In this document: positions 1-10,316 of the stretch, piece after piece
How the letters are laid out: every line of letters begins with the position of its first letter
Numbering within the stretch: the first letter of the stretch is position 1
Assembly: GCA_965206955.1 (NCBI GenBank)
Contig: OZ242252.1
Coordinates: forward strand, 1,795,771 to 1,859,770
DNA length: 64,000 nt
Reading direction: 5' to 3'
From: Candidatus Foliamicus sp.
Lineage (GTDB): Bacteria; Pseudomonadota; Gammaproteobacteria; Steroidobacterales; Foliamicaceae
Translations under genes and position numbers: made by a program
Notes under the pieces: model-generated
Told to the model about the DNA's origin: nothing
Databases searched by the model: none
Seen by the model: only the letters and a program-made list of their open reading frames with translations

Positions 1-1
1 G

Positions 2-442
2 GGATTCGCGGCCGACACCGAGCGCGGATTGCTGGTTCCGGTGATCCGCAACGCCGACAAGCTGGACGTCACGGAACTGGCGCGCGCCTTTCAGGAGCTT
101 TCCGCCAAGGCCCGCGAAGGCAAGCTGAAGCCCGACGAAATGCAGGGCGGGTCGTTCACGATTTCCAGCCTGGGCGGAATCGGCGGCACCGCGTTTACGC
201 CCATCATCAACGCGCCGGAAGTGGCGATTCTGGGCGTTTCACGGGCCCGAATGGCGCCCGTTTACAGTGACGGCGAGTTCAAGCCCCGACTGATGGCGCC
301 GATGTCGCTGTCCTACGATCACCGCGTAATCGACGGAGCTACGGCCGTGCGTTTCACGACGCGCTTGTGCGCCTTGCTGGCGGATGCGGAGCAGCTTCTC
401 GCGCCGGTCGGCGACCCAGACGATACGGGGAGCGAAGAGTGA
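2..442 (+). CDS. aceF: 2-oxoacid dehydrogenase E2 (dihydrolipoamide acetyltransferase), C-terminal catalytic domain; 5' end lies outside the window
   Basis: The frame is open from nt 2. The translation [20 protein letters not shown]...[33 protein letters not shown]...[12 protein letters not shown] contains the acyltransferase DHRxxDG active-site motif. It sits directly upstream of lpdA. Confidence 0.85.
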   Translation, partial: GFAADTERGLLVPVIRNADKLDVTELARAFQELSAKAREGKLKPDEMQGGSFTISSLGGIGGTAFTPIINAPEVAILGVSRARMAPVYSDGEFKPRLMAPMSLSYDHRVIDGATAVRFTTRLCALLADAEQLLAPVGDPDDTGSEE

Positions 443-1854
443 AGACCCGACTGGCCGTGCTCGGCTCCGGCCCCGGCGGCTACACGGCGGCCTTCCGCGC
501 CGCTGATCTCGGCCTTGAAGTCACCCTTGTAGAGCGGTATCCCACTTTGGGCGGCGTGTGCCTGAACGTCGGCTGTATTCCCTCCAAGGCCCTGCTGCAC
601 CTGGCGCGGGTGATGGGCGAGGCCGAACATCTGAAAGAAGCCGGGATCGAGTATCCAGCCCCGCGGGTGGATCCCTCGGCTTCACGTGCCTGGGTGGAGC
701 GCGTGGTCGGGCGGCTGACCGGCGGATTGGCGGGCATGGCTTCAAAGCGCAAGGTAACGGTGCTTGAAGGGACCGGACGGTTTGCAGGGCCGAAAGAGCT
801 GGCGGTGGAAACCGCCGAAGGCACGGAAAGCCTCGCATTCGAGCAGTGCATCATCGCCGCCGGCTCCCAGAGTCGCGCCCTGCCGAACCTGCCTGACGAC
901 CCGCGCATCATGGATTCGACCGGCGCACTGCTGCTGGACGACATTCCCGCGCGGTTGCTGGTCATAGGCGGCGGCATCATCGGTCTGGAAATGGCCACGG
1001 TCTATCAAGCGCTGGGCAGCGAAATCACCGTGGTGGAAGCGCTGGACCGTCTAATGCCGGGACCGGACGCGGACCTGCTCAAGCCTCTGGAACGGCGTAT
1101 CCGCAAGAGCTACGCGGCCATTCATACCGGCGTCATGGTGGCGTCCGCAAAGTCCACGAGCAAAGGAATCAAAGTGTCTTTCGAAGGCGAGAAGGCCCCT
1201 GAAGCTGAAACCTTCGACGGCGTCCTGGTATCCGTGGGGCGAGTTCCGAACGGCGACAAGATCGACGCGGACAAGGCCGGCGTTACGGTCGACGAGCACG
1301 GTTTCATCCCCGTGGACAAGCAACTCCGCACCAACCAGCCGCATATCTTCGCCATTGGCGACATCGTTGGCCACCCCATGCTGGCCCACAAGGCCACCCA
1401 CGAAGGCAAGGTCGCGGCCGAGGCCGCCGCCGGCATGAAAGTCGCCTTCGACGCCCGCGTGGTGCCGTCGGTGGCCTACACCGACCCCGAAATCGCCTGG
1501 GTGGGCCTGACCGAAGCCGAAGCCCGTGAACAGGGCGTGGACTACGGCAAGGGCGTGTTCCCCTGGGCCGCCAGCGGCAGGGCCATCTCCATGCAACGCT
1601 CCGAAGGCATGACCAAGCTGTTGTTCGACGCCGAAGACGGCCGCATCATTGGTGGCGGCATCGTGGGCGTTAACGCCGGCGACCTCATTTCCGAGGTCGC
1701 CCACGCCATCGAAATGGGCGCCGAAGCCGAAGACCTGGCGCTCACCATCCACCCGCACCCGACCCTGTCCGAGTCCGTAGGCATGGCCGCCGAAGCCTAC
1801 CTGGGCGTAATCACCGACCTCTACCTCCCACGCCGCGCTCCGAACAAGGCATAA
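439..1854 (+). CDS. lpdA: Dihydrolipoyl dehydrogenase (E3)
   Basis: FAD-binding motif GSGPGGY and redox-active disulfide motif [13 protein letters not shown] are present, along with a C-terminal dimerisation region with HPHPTLSE. The GTG at 439 overlaps the aceF stop (GTGA). The longer ORF starting at 367 was rejected. Confidence 0.93.
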   Translation: MKTRLAVLGSGPGGYTAAFRAADLGLEVTLVERYPTLGGVCLNVGCIPSKALLHLARVMGEAEHLKEAGIEYPAPRVDPSASRAWVERVVGRLTGGLAGMASKRKVTVLEGTGRFAGPKELAVETAEGTESLAFEQCIIAAGSQSRALPNLPDDPRIMDSTGALLLDDIPARLLVIGGGIIGLEMATVYQALGSEITVVEALDRLMPGPDADLLKPLERRIRKSYAAIHTGVMVASAKSTSKGIKVSFEGEKAPEAETFDGVLVSVGRVPNGDKIDADKAGVTVDEHGFIPVDKQLRTNQPHIFAIGDIVGHPMLAHKATHEGKVAAEAAAGMKVAFDARVVPSVAYTDPEIAWVGLTEAEAREQGVDYGKGVFPWAASGRAISMQRSEGMTKLLFDAEDGRIIGGGIVGVNAGDLISEVAHAIEMGAEAEDLALTIHPHPTLSESVGMAAEAYLGVITDLYLPRRAPNKA

Positions 1855-1865
1855 CCGCCAAGTGC

Positions 1866-1895
1866 CCCCTGGGAACGAGGGCGTCTCGCCCTCGT
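1866..1895. repeat. REP-like hairpin unit (CCTGGGAAC-GAGGGCG-TCT-CGCCCTC)
   Basis: Single copy of the window-wide repeat family, immediately 3' of lpdA. Confidence 0.8.
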
Positions 1896-2116
1896 CACTG
1901 GCGGGAAGCCCTTGTCCGGGATCAGAAACAAATGGGACTGGGATTGGGGGACTTTAGCACCTTTGTCCCGAAGGGAGCGTAGCGAACCAATCACACACCC
2001 GGCTCAGCCTTTGTGGATGGCTCTGAGTGAACCGGTATAGGCCCATAAGGGCTTGATTTGACTGGTGATTCGTGCTATAGTTCCAATCACGTCAACGGAC
2101 TGAACGGAGCCTCGAA

Positions 2117-3718
2117 ATGGACCTTCACCGCACTTCCTCCCGCGCCCCTGTTTGCGACGCTGAGCGTCCTCCGAGTGGCGCTTTTGAGTTGCCGGCAGCC
2201 AGCGCTGCACAGTTTGCCCACCCGGATGCTGACGTCCGGATGGCTGCTGGGGCTCGCGAAGAGGGCCCCCTCAATACCCTGGAAGCACAGATCACCCGAT
2301 TGTGGGGGAACATCAACGCGGCCACGGCGCAGTTTCTGGCCCTGCTGGCGGAGTTCGACCGCAAGGAAGGCTGGGCCCAGCACGGCATGGCGAGTTGCGC
2401 TCATTGGCTGAGCTGGCAATGCGGCATCGGCCCGGTGGCGGCGCGCGAGAAGATGCGCACGGCGCGGGCCCTGGAATCGCTGCCGAAGATCGCGGAAGCC
2501 TTCGGCGAGGGCCGGCTGTCGTATTCGAAGGTGCGCGCGCTCACGCGGGTGGCGACAGCGGCGACGGAGGACACCTTGCTGCACATTGCCTTGAACGGCA
2601 CGGCGGAGCATGTGGAGCGCACGGTGCGGGGGTTTCGGCGGGTGCAGCGCGAGAATGAGCGCAACGAGGCCGAAGCCATGCACGAGCGGCGCTACCTGGA
2701 TTGCCGGCGGGAAAGCGACGGCAGCGTCAGGCTTGAGGCCCGTCTGGCTCCGGAGGTGGGCGAGATGCTGCTCAAGGCGCTGGAAGCTGCGGAAGCGCAA
2801 CTTGAGGAGCCGGGCGCGGATACCGAGGGAACCGGGGCGCGAAGCAATGGCAAGCCCGGGGGCATCGAGCGCGCCGAAGCGGCCGAGTCTGCGCATTCGG
2901 TATGCGGAAGTGTTTCCGCGGAAACACCCGGCCCTCGACCGGTGCTGCGGCAATGGCGAGGTGCGGCGCCGGGCGGCGCTTCCGCGGAAACACCTCCTCG
3001 GAGCGCCAGTCAGCGGCGTGCGGACGCGCTGAAGCACATGGTCGAGCGGTTTCTGGCCGGGAAGTGTTCGGGTTCGGCGGCCAGTGCTCACGAACTGGTG
3101 GTGCACATTGCGCACGATGCGCTGCGTGACGTGCCGGAGAGCACCGGCGCGTCGTTTGAACACGGCGGCCGGGTGGCGGTGGAGACGGCGCGGCGGCTGG
3201 GTTGCGACGGGGCCTTGCTGGGAGTGGTCAAAGGCGCGCAGGGCGAGCCGCTGGCGGTCGGGCGCCGGACCCGGGCGGTACCGCCGGCCATCCGTCGCGC
3301 GCTGCGCGTTCGCGACGGCGGCTGCCGCTTCCCGGGCTGCGATCGCGCCCGCCATGTGCACGCCCATCACATCCGGCATTGGGCCGATGGCGGCGAGACC
3401 GCCCTGGGCAATCTGGTCACTTTGTGTTCGTTTCATCACCGGCAGGTGCACGAGGGGGGTTATGGCGTTCGCGTGCGCCAGGGTGCGATCGAATTCACGC
3501 GTCCGGACGGCCGGGTGATCCCGCCGGCGGGCCTGCCGCATGGCGGGTGTTTCCGCGGAAACACCTCCGCAGCCGACGGCGCGCAGAGGCTGGCGGCGTT
3601 TGATGCGGCGCGCGGCCTGGCCATCAACGCCCGCACCGCCCGCTGCGGCTGGGGTGGCGAGCGCATGGACTACAACATCGCAATCGACGCACTGTGCCGG
3701 GAGGCGGGCCATACCTGA
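2117..3718 (+). CDS. HNH endonuclease with N-terminal DUF222-type domain (13E12-repeat-like family)
   Basis: The N-terminal region (...FLALLAEFDRKEGW...SCAHWLSWQCG...AREKMRTARALESLPKIAEAFGEGRLSYSKVRALTRVA) is typical of DUF222. The C-terminal HNH motif is CRFPGCDRARHVHAHHIRHWADGGETALGNLVTLCSFHHRQVHEG. Confidence 0.8.
   Translation: MDLHRTSSRAPVCDAERPPSGAFELPAASAAQFAHPDADVRMAAGAREEGPLNTLEAQITRLWGNINAATAQFLALLAEFDRKEGWAQHGMASCAHWLSWQCGIGPVAAREKMRTARALESLPKIAEAFGEGRLSYSKVRALTRVATAATEDTLLHIALNGTAEHVERTVRGFRRVQRENERNEAEAMHERRYLDCRRESDGSVRLEARLAPEVGEMLLKALEAAEAQLEEPGADTEGTGARSNGKPGGIERAEAAESAHSVCGSVSAETPGPRPVLRQWRGAAPGGASAETPPRSASQRRADALKHMVERFLAGKCSGSAASAHELVVHIAHDALRDVPESTGASFEHGGRVAVETARRLGCDGALLGVVKGAQGEPLAVGRRTRAVPPAIRRALRVRDGGCRFPGCDRARHVHAHHIRHWADGGETALGNLVTLCSFHHRQVHEGGYGVRVRQGAIEFTRPDGRVIPPAGLPHGGCFRGNTSAADGAQRLAAFDAARGLAINARTARCGWGGERMDYNIAIDALCREAGHT
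2910..2927. repeat. 18-bp perfect palindrome GTGTTTCCGCGGAAACAC (copy 1)
   Basis: Read directly from the sequence, inside the HNH/DUF222 CDS. Confidence 0.9.
2978..2994. repeat. Palindrome-family copy 2 (GCTTCCGCGGAAACACC)
   Basis: Shares the core TTCCGCGGAAACACC with copies 1 and 3. Confidence 0.85.
3547..3565. repeat. Palindrome-family copy 3 (GTGTTTCCGCGGAAACACC)
   Basis: Same core as copies 1 and 2, but translated in a different frame (CFRGNTS rather than VSAETP). Confidence 0.9.
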
Positions 3719-3819
3719 ACGGCCGCCTGAACTGTGGATGAGCCACCTATGGTTCCAGCACAGTCCCGGATGGAGTGAGCTCGTACAGCCCTTTGCGCGC
3801 CAAGGGCGCATAGAATGAA

Positions 3820-6800
3820 TTGGCTGTGAATCGACTCTCGGGAGCATGCTTAAAGAGGCTCTGGCCTCTTGCCTGCATCGCATCCGTAGGCCTGTTGCAG
3901 GCGTGCTCCCAAATCACCCCGGCGGCGCAAGCGGATTGCGCAGACTGGAACACCAGGAATTTCTTCGACAGCGCGAACGCTGACAGAATTCGTGCATGTC
4001 TGGCTGCTGGAGCGGACCCCAATGCCAGGGGCAATAACGGCTACACGCCCCTGCATCGGGCAGCGGCTTCCCAGGAGAAAACGCCCGCGATATTTGGCAT
4101 GCTGATCGATTCCGGCGCCAACGTAAACGCAGTAAATAACGAAGGCGGCACGCCGCTGCATATGGTGGTGTGGTACGCGGGTGCTTCTCCTGTGGTGGCG
4201 ATGCTGATTGCCGCCGGCGCGGACCCGAACATTAGAGACGAATTAGGCCGAATGCCCCTGCACTGGGTGGCGGCGTCCAATGCCGAGATCGCGATTGCCG
4301 ATATGCTCATAGATGCAGGCGCCGAGACGAGTGCGAGGGACGGATTCGGAAGTACGCCACTGCATCGGGCAGTTCGGGACGGAAGGGTTGTAGGGATGGC
4401 GGTTGCATTGATTCAGGCCGGCGCAGACCTGAATGCGGCCAACCAAAGGGGCGTGACGCCTTTACATCGGGCGGTGGAGAGGCACGAGCCGGAATTTGTT
4501 GCGGCTTTGATCGATGCCGGTGCCCACCTGAATGGCGCGGATCGGGAAGGGGCTACTCCTCTTCACTGGGCGGCGCGATTGGTTGACAAGCTGGCGGTGA
4601 TTGAGGCGCTAATTGCGGCGGGGGCTGACGTAAGGGCTCGGGACAGGTTGGGCGCCACGCCGCTGCACACTGCTGCAAGAAATCTCGGGACCGGCCCGGC
4701 GACGCTCGCGCTGCTGATGGAGGCAGGCGTTGATCCCATGGCCAGGGACGAACAGGGACGAACCGTACTCCATTCCGCCGCGAGCGAGAACAACCGCGAG
4801 GTGCTGGCATTGCTGATCGATTCCGGCGTCGGCCTCGATGTTCGGGACAGCTTCGGGAATACACCGCTGCATGCGGCAGCGCAAAGCAATGGCATTTCGG
4901 TGGTGCAGGCTCTGCTTGCGGCTGGTGCGGACCTTCGTGCCCGGAATGAAAATGGCGAAACGCCCATTCTTGTGGCGGCTGAACACAATGACAATCCGGC
5001 TGTGATCGAGGCTCTCATTGACGCTGGCGCGGACCCTGGCTCGCGAAATGAGTACGGCAAAACGCTTCTCCACCGTGCAGTGATTAACAGCGGAAACCGG
5101 GACATTGTTGAATTGCTGATTCGAAGAGGCGCGGACCCCAACGCACGGGACAATGAAGGCGGCACGCCCCTGCACACGGAGGCCCGGCTCGGCGACAAAC
5201 CTGAAGAGATTACCATCTTGCTGGAAGCCGGCGCGGATCCTATGGCACGGGATAGTGAAGGTGCGACGCCGCTTCATAGCGCCGGGTGGGGAGGGCATTT
5301 TCCGAGGAATGTCGCCAGGCTGATAGAAGAGGGGGCCGATCCCAACGCTTCGGACATTTATTCCAGAACGCCACTTCATGCCGCGGCCACCTATGGCTCC
5401 GCTACTTTTGTATTGAAGTTGCTGGAGTTGGGTGCAGACCCAGGCGCACGCGACCTCCAGGGTGAGATTCCCTTGCACTATGCGGCAAATTGGAACGACG
5501 AACCTGCCGTGATCTCCGTATTGGTTCAAGCCGGCAGCGATCCGAACGCCCGTGACAGGAAAGGCGCCACACCATTGGACATGGCCGTTCGGGAGAACGG
5601 CAATCCCGACGTGGCGGCAGAGTTACGTGCAGCCGGCGCCGAAATGACCGCGCGGGAGAAGGACGGTAAGGCATCCCGGAACGACCAGCAGGACGAACTC
5701 AGCGCGAAAGAGTCTGGCGCCTCGGAGTCCGACCGTTCGGATCGGCAGGGAACAGGATCGACTGCCGGCGAATCAGCAGAAGCCGTAACTGACATGGCGG
5801 CTGCGGCGGCATGCACGAACTGGAATACGCCCCAGTTCTTTCACAAGGCGCAGGCAGCACAGGTTCGCGAATGTCTGGACGCCGGCGCGGACCCCATGGC
5901 GCGCGCCGATCGCGGTATTACTCCCCTGCATCTTGCGGCCTCGGTCAGTCAGGATCCTGCGGTATTCGACGCGCTGCTTAGTGCCGGCGCCGACATTCAC
6001 GCACGTGGCGATTTCGGCTATACGCCACTGCATTTTGCGGTATGGGGCAAGGTCCGATCGATGGCGGTTGCAGTGCTATTGGATGCCGGCGCTGATCCGA
6101 AGGTCCGGACCGATGACCGCGCGAGCCCTTTGCATTGGGTGGCGGCGACCCACGGTGATGTCGGCATTGCGACCGCACTGCTGAATGCCGGCGCCGATCC
6201 GAACGCACGGGACCGAAAGCAGTCCACTCCCCTGCATCAGTCGGCGAAGAATGGCAAGAATGCGGACCTTGCCATCGCTCTGATAAAAGCCGGTGCTGAG
6301 CCGATGGCACGGGACCAAGGCGGCTCCACCCCCCTGCATGAGGCGGCAGCGAATGGCAATCTCGCAATAATGACCGCGCTCATTGAAGCCGGCGCTGATC
6401 CGGTCGCAGAGAACCTGGGGCGCGATACGCCTCTCCATCGGGCTGCTGGCGGGGCCGCCGACCCCGCCGCTCTGGACGCGTTGATTGCAGCGGGTGCAGA
6501 TCTTCATGCTCGCAACGAAACTGGCTACACGCCTCTGCACAATGCAGCTGCGACCAATGAGAACCCGGCTATCGCGGCCGCTCTGATAGACGAGGGCCTC
6601 TCACCCATGGACCGGGATGAGTGGGAGCGCACGCCCTTGCATCTTGCAGCTGCCTACAATACGGCAGCCGTAGCGGCGATACTCATAAAAGCAGGCGCCG
6701 ATCCGAACCGGCGGAATAACCGAGGCGCCACACCGCTTCATGAGGCGGCGATGCGCGATTCACGGGCCAGCGCAGTAGTTCGGGACGCCGATCCGGAAAC

Positions 6801-7884
6801 GGTGGCCACGCGCTACGCTGTGATTCGCCAGCTTCTCGAAATGGGCGCAGACCCTGGGGCCAGGGACGAAAGAGGCGACACGCCGGTGCACAATGCGGCG
6901 GAGTACACGGACGACGGTGCGCTTATTTCTGCACTGATTGATGCCGGCGGCGAGCCTGGCGCCCGCAACGACCGGGGCCATCGACCGCTTGACCTGGCCG
7001 CCCGGCACAGTGGAAACCATACGTTGGTCGCCGCGCTGCTGGAAAGTGGCGCCGACCCCAATGCTCGCGGGCATGGCGAGTCCAGCCCCCTGCATAACGC
7101 GGCCGAGGGCGACGGAGATCTGGAAAATGTGCTGTTGCTGCTTGATGCGGGCGCTGACCCGATGGCCAGGGACCAACGCGGCAAGACACCGCTGCATCGG
7201 CTGAAGCGCGCGAACAGCCCCGAGGTTGTTACTGTTCTCATAGGCCGGGGCGCCGACCTCAACGCGCGCGATCAAGGAGGCGAAACACCTCTGCACAGTA
7301 TCGCCAGGTCCAACGGCAATCTCTCCGTCTTCGCCGCCCTGATCGATGCAGGGGCTGATCCCAAGGCCCTGAGCGACTTCAAGACTACAGTCCTGCACAG
7401 CGCCGCTACGAATAGAAATTCCCAGGTGGTCAGCTTCCTACTCACGGCCGGCGCAGATGCGTCCGCGCGGGACCACTGGGAAGGTACGCCGTTGCACATA
7501 GCTGCGGCTTACAACCCGGACCCTGCCGCAATCAGGATTCTGATCGATGCAGGGGCTGATCCCAACGCCCGGGAAGAAAGGGGCATTACGCCGCTGCACA
7601 AAGCGGTTATCCACGACAACGATCCTGCTGTGATCGCGGCACTGGTTGAAGCCGGGGCTGATCCCAACGGCTCGGGAGAGGAAGGTTCCTTGCCTTTGCA
7701 TATCGCTGCAAGGACAGGGCGCGATCCTGCCGTGATCACCGCGCTGCTGGAGGGCGGGGCCGATCCGAAATTGCGGGACAGCAACGGCGCACTTGCGTAC
7801 GAGTTAGCGCAAGAGAATGAGCAGCTTGCAGGTACCGACGTGCTGGAGGCGCTGAGAGTGGTCTCTGAACTCCCAGACCGCTAG
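3820..7884 (+). CDS. Giant secreted ankyrin-repeat protein (1354 aa), probable lipoprotein; two fused ANK units
   Basis: Near-continuous 33-aa ANK repeats (G-x-TPLH-x-A...LL-x-AGADPNARD). The N-terminus is hydrophobic with a lipobox-like LLQAC. Cys-motif modules occur at 3937 and 5812. The start codon is uncertain (TTG 3820 or GTG 3826). Confidence 0.88.
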   Translation: MAVNRLSGACLKRLWPLACIASVGLLQACSQITPAAQADCADWNTRNFFDSANADRIRACLAAGADPNARGNNGYTPLHRAAASQEKTPAIFGMLIDSGANVNAVNNEGGTPLHMVVWYAGASPVVAMLIAAGADPNIRDELGRMPLHWVAASNAEIAIADMLIDAGAETSARDGFGSTPLHRAVRDGRVVGMAVALIQAGADLNAANQRGVTPLHRAVERHEPEFVAALIDAGAHLNGADREGATPLHWAARLVDKLAVIEALIAAGADVRARDRLGATPLHTAARNLGTGPATLALLMEAGVDPMARDEQGRTVLHSAASENNREVLALLIDSGVGLDVRDSFGNTPLHAAAQSNGISVVQALLAAGADLRARNENGETPILVAAEHNDNPAVIEALIDAGADPGSRNEYGKTLLHRAVINSGNRDIVELLIRRGADPNARDNEGGTPLHTEARLGDKPEEITILLEAGADPMARDSEGATPLHSAGWGGHFPRNVARLIEEGADPNASDIYSRTPLHAAATYGSATFVLKLLELGADPGARDLQGEIPLHYAANWNDEPAVISVLVQAGSDPNARDRKGATPLDMAVRENGNPDVAAELRAAGAEMTAREKDGKASRNDQQDELSAKESGASESDRSDRQGTGSTAGESAEAVTDMAAAAACTNWNTPQFFHKAQAAQVRECLDAGADPMARADRGITPLHLAASVSQDPAVFDALLSAGADIHARGDFGYTPLHFAVWGKVRSMAVAVLLDAGADPKVRTDDRASPLHWVAATHGDVGIATALLNAGADPNARDRKQSTPLHQSAKNGKNADLAIALIKAGAEPMARDQGGSTPLHEAAANGNLAIMTALIEAGADPVAENLGRDTPLHRAAGGAADPAALDALIAAGADLHARNETGYTPLHNAAATNENPAIAAALIDEGLSPMDRDEWERTPLHLAAAYNTAAVAAILIKAGADPNRRNNRGATPLHEAAMRDSRASAVVRDADPETVATRYAVIRQLLEMGADPGARDERGDTPVHNAAEYTDDGALISALIDAGGEPGARNDRGHRPLDLAARHSGNHTLVAALLESGADPNARGHGESSPLHNAAEGDGDLENVLLLLDAGADPMARDQRGKTPLHRLKRANSPEVVTVLIGRGADLNARDQGGETPLHSIARSNGNLSVFAALIDAGADPKALSDFKTTVLHSAATNRNSQVVSFLLTAGADASARDHWEGTPLHIAAAYNPDPAAIRILIDAGADPNAREERGITPLHKAVIHDNDPAVIAALVEAGADPNGSGEEGSLPLHIAARTGRDPAVITALLEGGADPKLRDSNGALAYELAQENEQLAGTDVLEALRVVSELPDR

Positions 7885-7949
7885 CGCAAACCGAAATTGC
7901 GCATACCGCGTGCCTTCCTGATTTGCGTAACGTTTACAATCGGTTTGCT

Positions 7950-10316
7950 ATGAAACTCCTGCTCGACGGGTTGCGTTGCTTTCCGGCGATCGCCGTTCCA
8001 ATCGTTGCCGGCGTCCTGTTGATCCTGTCGCCGGGTTCGGTGCATGCCGCCGATGAGGAGTGTGCGGGTTGGAACACCAGGGAATTCTTCGAGAACGCTA
8101 CACGATCGCAAGTCGCGGAATGTCTCGAGTCGGGCGCGGAAAGCGACTCGCAGAACCGGGAAGGCGCGACGCCGTTGCACCTGGCGTCGGCGCATGGCGG
8201 CGACCCGGCAGTCATCGCTCTCCTGATCGAAGCTGGGGCAGACCCGAACGCGCGCGGTGATTTTGGCGATACGCCCCTACATGGCGCAACGCGCCACAAC
8301 GACAATGCTGACATAGTCGCCGCCGTGCTTGCCGCCGGCGCCGATCTGCACGCGCGCGACGATTTCGGTGAAACCCCACTGCATGACGCAGCCAGAAGAA
8401 ACGAGAATCCTGCGGTGATCCAGGCGCTGCTGGCTGCTGGCGCTGATCCCAAGGCGCGCGATGAGTTCGGCGAGACTCCGTTGCACAGGGCAGCCAGGAA
8501 CAGCAATCCTTCCATAACGCAAATCCTGATGGACGCCGGCGCTGATGTCGGCGCCAAGACCAATATGGGCGCAACGCCCCTGCATTGGGCGGCAAAGGTC
8601 AACGGGAATCCTGACATCGCCCGCATGCTGCTGGAGGCCGGCGCCGACCCCAATGCCCGCGACGAGAGCGGGGAAACCCCTCTTATCCGGGCTGTTCGCA
8701 AGAACACACGGGAGATGCTTTCCGTACTGCTTCAGGCCGGCGCCGACCCCCACGCACAATCCTGGTCGAGAGAAACCCCGTTGCATACTGCGGCGCGCCG
8801 CGGAAGTGTTGATATGGTCGCCGAACTACTCGAGGTTGGCGCCGATCCGCGAGCGCAAACGGCGAGCGGCGAAACGCCACTTCATTGGGCGGCGGAATTC
8901 AATGGTGATTCTGCCATGATTGGCCTTCTGCTGGATGCGGGCGCCGATCTTCACTCGCTTGATGAGTATGCCAACACGCCCTTGCACAGTGCGATGCGGA
9001 ACAGGAATCCGGCTGTCGCGCGAGAGCTTCTCAATGCCGGCGCCGATCCGAAAGCCAGCAATCAGGGGAATACAACTCCCCTTCAGGCAGCAGCCGACCG
9101 GGAAGACCCAAGCTTTGCATCCATGCTCCTGGCTGTTGGCGCCGATCCTTCCAGTTTGTCTGTCTGGAACCGGACCCCTCTGCGTTGGGCGGCTCGCTCG
9201 AACTCCAATCCTGTCGTTCTGACCCGGCTGCTGGAGGCTGTGACCGAACTCAAGGCTCGCAAGGAGCTTGCAACAAAGCTCTTGTACTCGGCTGCGCATA
9301 ACCCCAACCCTGCGGTGGCGCGCGTGCTTCTGGATGCCGGGGCGGATCCGAGCGGGTCAAAGGAATTCACTGGAACTGCATTACACGTCGCTGCGAGAAG
9401 TGACAACGCCGGAGTCGTGGCCATGCTCCTGGATGCCGGCGCCGATGTGAGTGCAAGAGACAGAGGTGACGGAACAGCATTGCACGCGGCCGCGGATTCA
9501 ATTGGCGATAGTGCAATTGTCGGAATGTTGCTGGATGCCGGGGTGGACCCGAATGCGCGCGATGATTTGAGCAATACTGCCCTGCACTTGGCAGCCAGAA
9601 GTTCTACCCCCTCTGTGGTGGCTACCCTGATTGACCGGGGCGCCGATCCGAACCTGCGCAACTTTGAGGGCGCAACGCCCTTGCACAAGATTGATTCGGA
9701 CCATGGCGCCGCGATGGCCACGGTCCTGCTGGAACGAGGCGCGGATCCGAATGCCCGGGACGATTCCGGAAAGACACCTCTTCATCGCGCTTCTCACAAG
9801 GGATCGGTCATTAACGGCGGTCGGATTCCGGACCGACGCGTGTTTCCCGTGGCGAATGTGCTGCTTCGTTTTGGCGCTGATCCGCTGGCTAAGGACAATT
9901 CCGGAGCAACACCCCGTTTTCGGGTCGTGAACGAAAGTGATCCGCCGATGGCCGCTTTACTGTTGAACCATGGCGCCAATCCGAACGTGCGCGATGAGAA
10001 CGGTCGAACGGTCCTTCACCAAGCCGCATTGAGCCGGGAACCTGCGTTCATTACGGCACTGTTGCGCGCCGGCGCCGACCCGAATCTACGCGATGATCGC
10101 CAACGTACTGCGCTTCACCTGGCGGCGATGGACAACGACCATCCGAGTGTGATTACCATGCTGATCGATGCAGGGGCCGATCCCGGAGCGAAGGATTCCA
10201 GCGGCAGGACTTCGTTGCACTACGTGCGGCGAAACCCTTGGCTGAATGCGACTGAAGTTGTGCGGCATTTGCAGCCGGCAGCGGAGCCAACCCAGGGCGG
10301 GCAAGGAGGCTCATGA
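7950..10316 (+). CDS. Secreted ankyrin-repeat protein (~788 aa)
   Basis: ATG at 7950 (MKLLLDGLRCFPAIAVPIVAGVLLILSPGSVHA, signal-peptide-like). This is followed by ECAGWNTREFFENATRSQVAECL and then ANK repeats along the whole length. Confidence 0.88.
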   Translation: MKLLLDGLRCFPAIAVPIVAGVLLILSPGSVHAADEECAGWNTREFFENATRSQVAECLESGAESDSQNREGATPLHLASAHGGDPAVIALLIEAGADPNARGDFGDTPLHGATRHNDNADIVAAVLAAGADLHARDDFGETPLHDAARRNENPAVIQALLAAGADPKARDEFGETPLHRAARNSNPSITQILMDAGADVGAKTNMGATPLHWAAKVNGNPDIARMLLEAGADPNARDESGETPLIRAVRKNTREMLSVLLQAGADPHAQSWSRETPLHTAARRGSVDMVAELLEVGADPRAQTASGETPLHWAAEFNGDSAMIGLLLDAGADLHSLDEYANTPLHSAMRNRNPAVARELLNAGADPKASNQGNTTPLQAAADREDPSFASMLLAVGADPSSLSVWNRTPLRWAARSNSNPVVLTRLLEAVTELKARKELATKLLYSAAHNPNPAVARVLLDAGADPSGSKEFTGTALHVAARSDNAGVVAMLLDAGADVSARDRGDGTALHAAADSIGDSAIVGMLLDAGVDPNARDDLSNTALHLAARSSTPSVVATLIDRGADPNLRNFEGATPLHKIDSDHGAAMATVLLERGADPNARDDSGKTPLHRASHKGSVINGGRIPDRRVFPVANVLLRFGADPLAKDNSGATPRFRVVNESDPPMAALLLNHGANPNVRDENGRTVLHQAALSREPAFITALLRAGADPNLRDDRQRTALHLAAMDNDHPSVITMLIDAGADPGAKDSSGRTSLHYVRRNPWLNATEVVRHLQPAAEPTQGGQGGS

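Noticed and set aside
367-438. Upstream extension of lpdA (ORF-track start at 367), overlapping aceF by 76 nt.
   Set aside because: The conserved E3 N-terminus ([14 protein letters not shown]) begins at the GTG at 439, which forms a GTGA overlap with the aceF stop. The extension is Arg/Gly-rich and lies out of frame within aceF.
2087-3883. 598-aa minus-strand ORF antisense to the HNH/DUF222 gene.
   Set aside because: It has no recognisable domains and an Arg/Ala/Pro-rich composition. The plus-strand frame carries clear DUF222 and HNH motifs.
4609-5529. Many long antisense or off-frame ORFs across the ANK genes (for example 4609-5529, 4563-5216, 7934-8707, 10311-11135, 14787-15266 and 20894-21397).
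   Set aside because: They overlap strong ANK-periodic coding frames on the plus strand. Their translations are low-complexity Arg/Ala/Ser/Pro-rich, as is typical of GC-rich non-coding frames. The repetitive codon structure keeps them open by chance.
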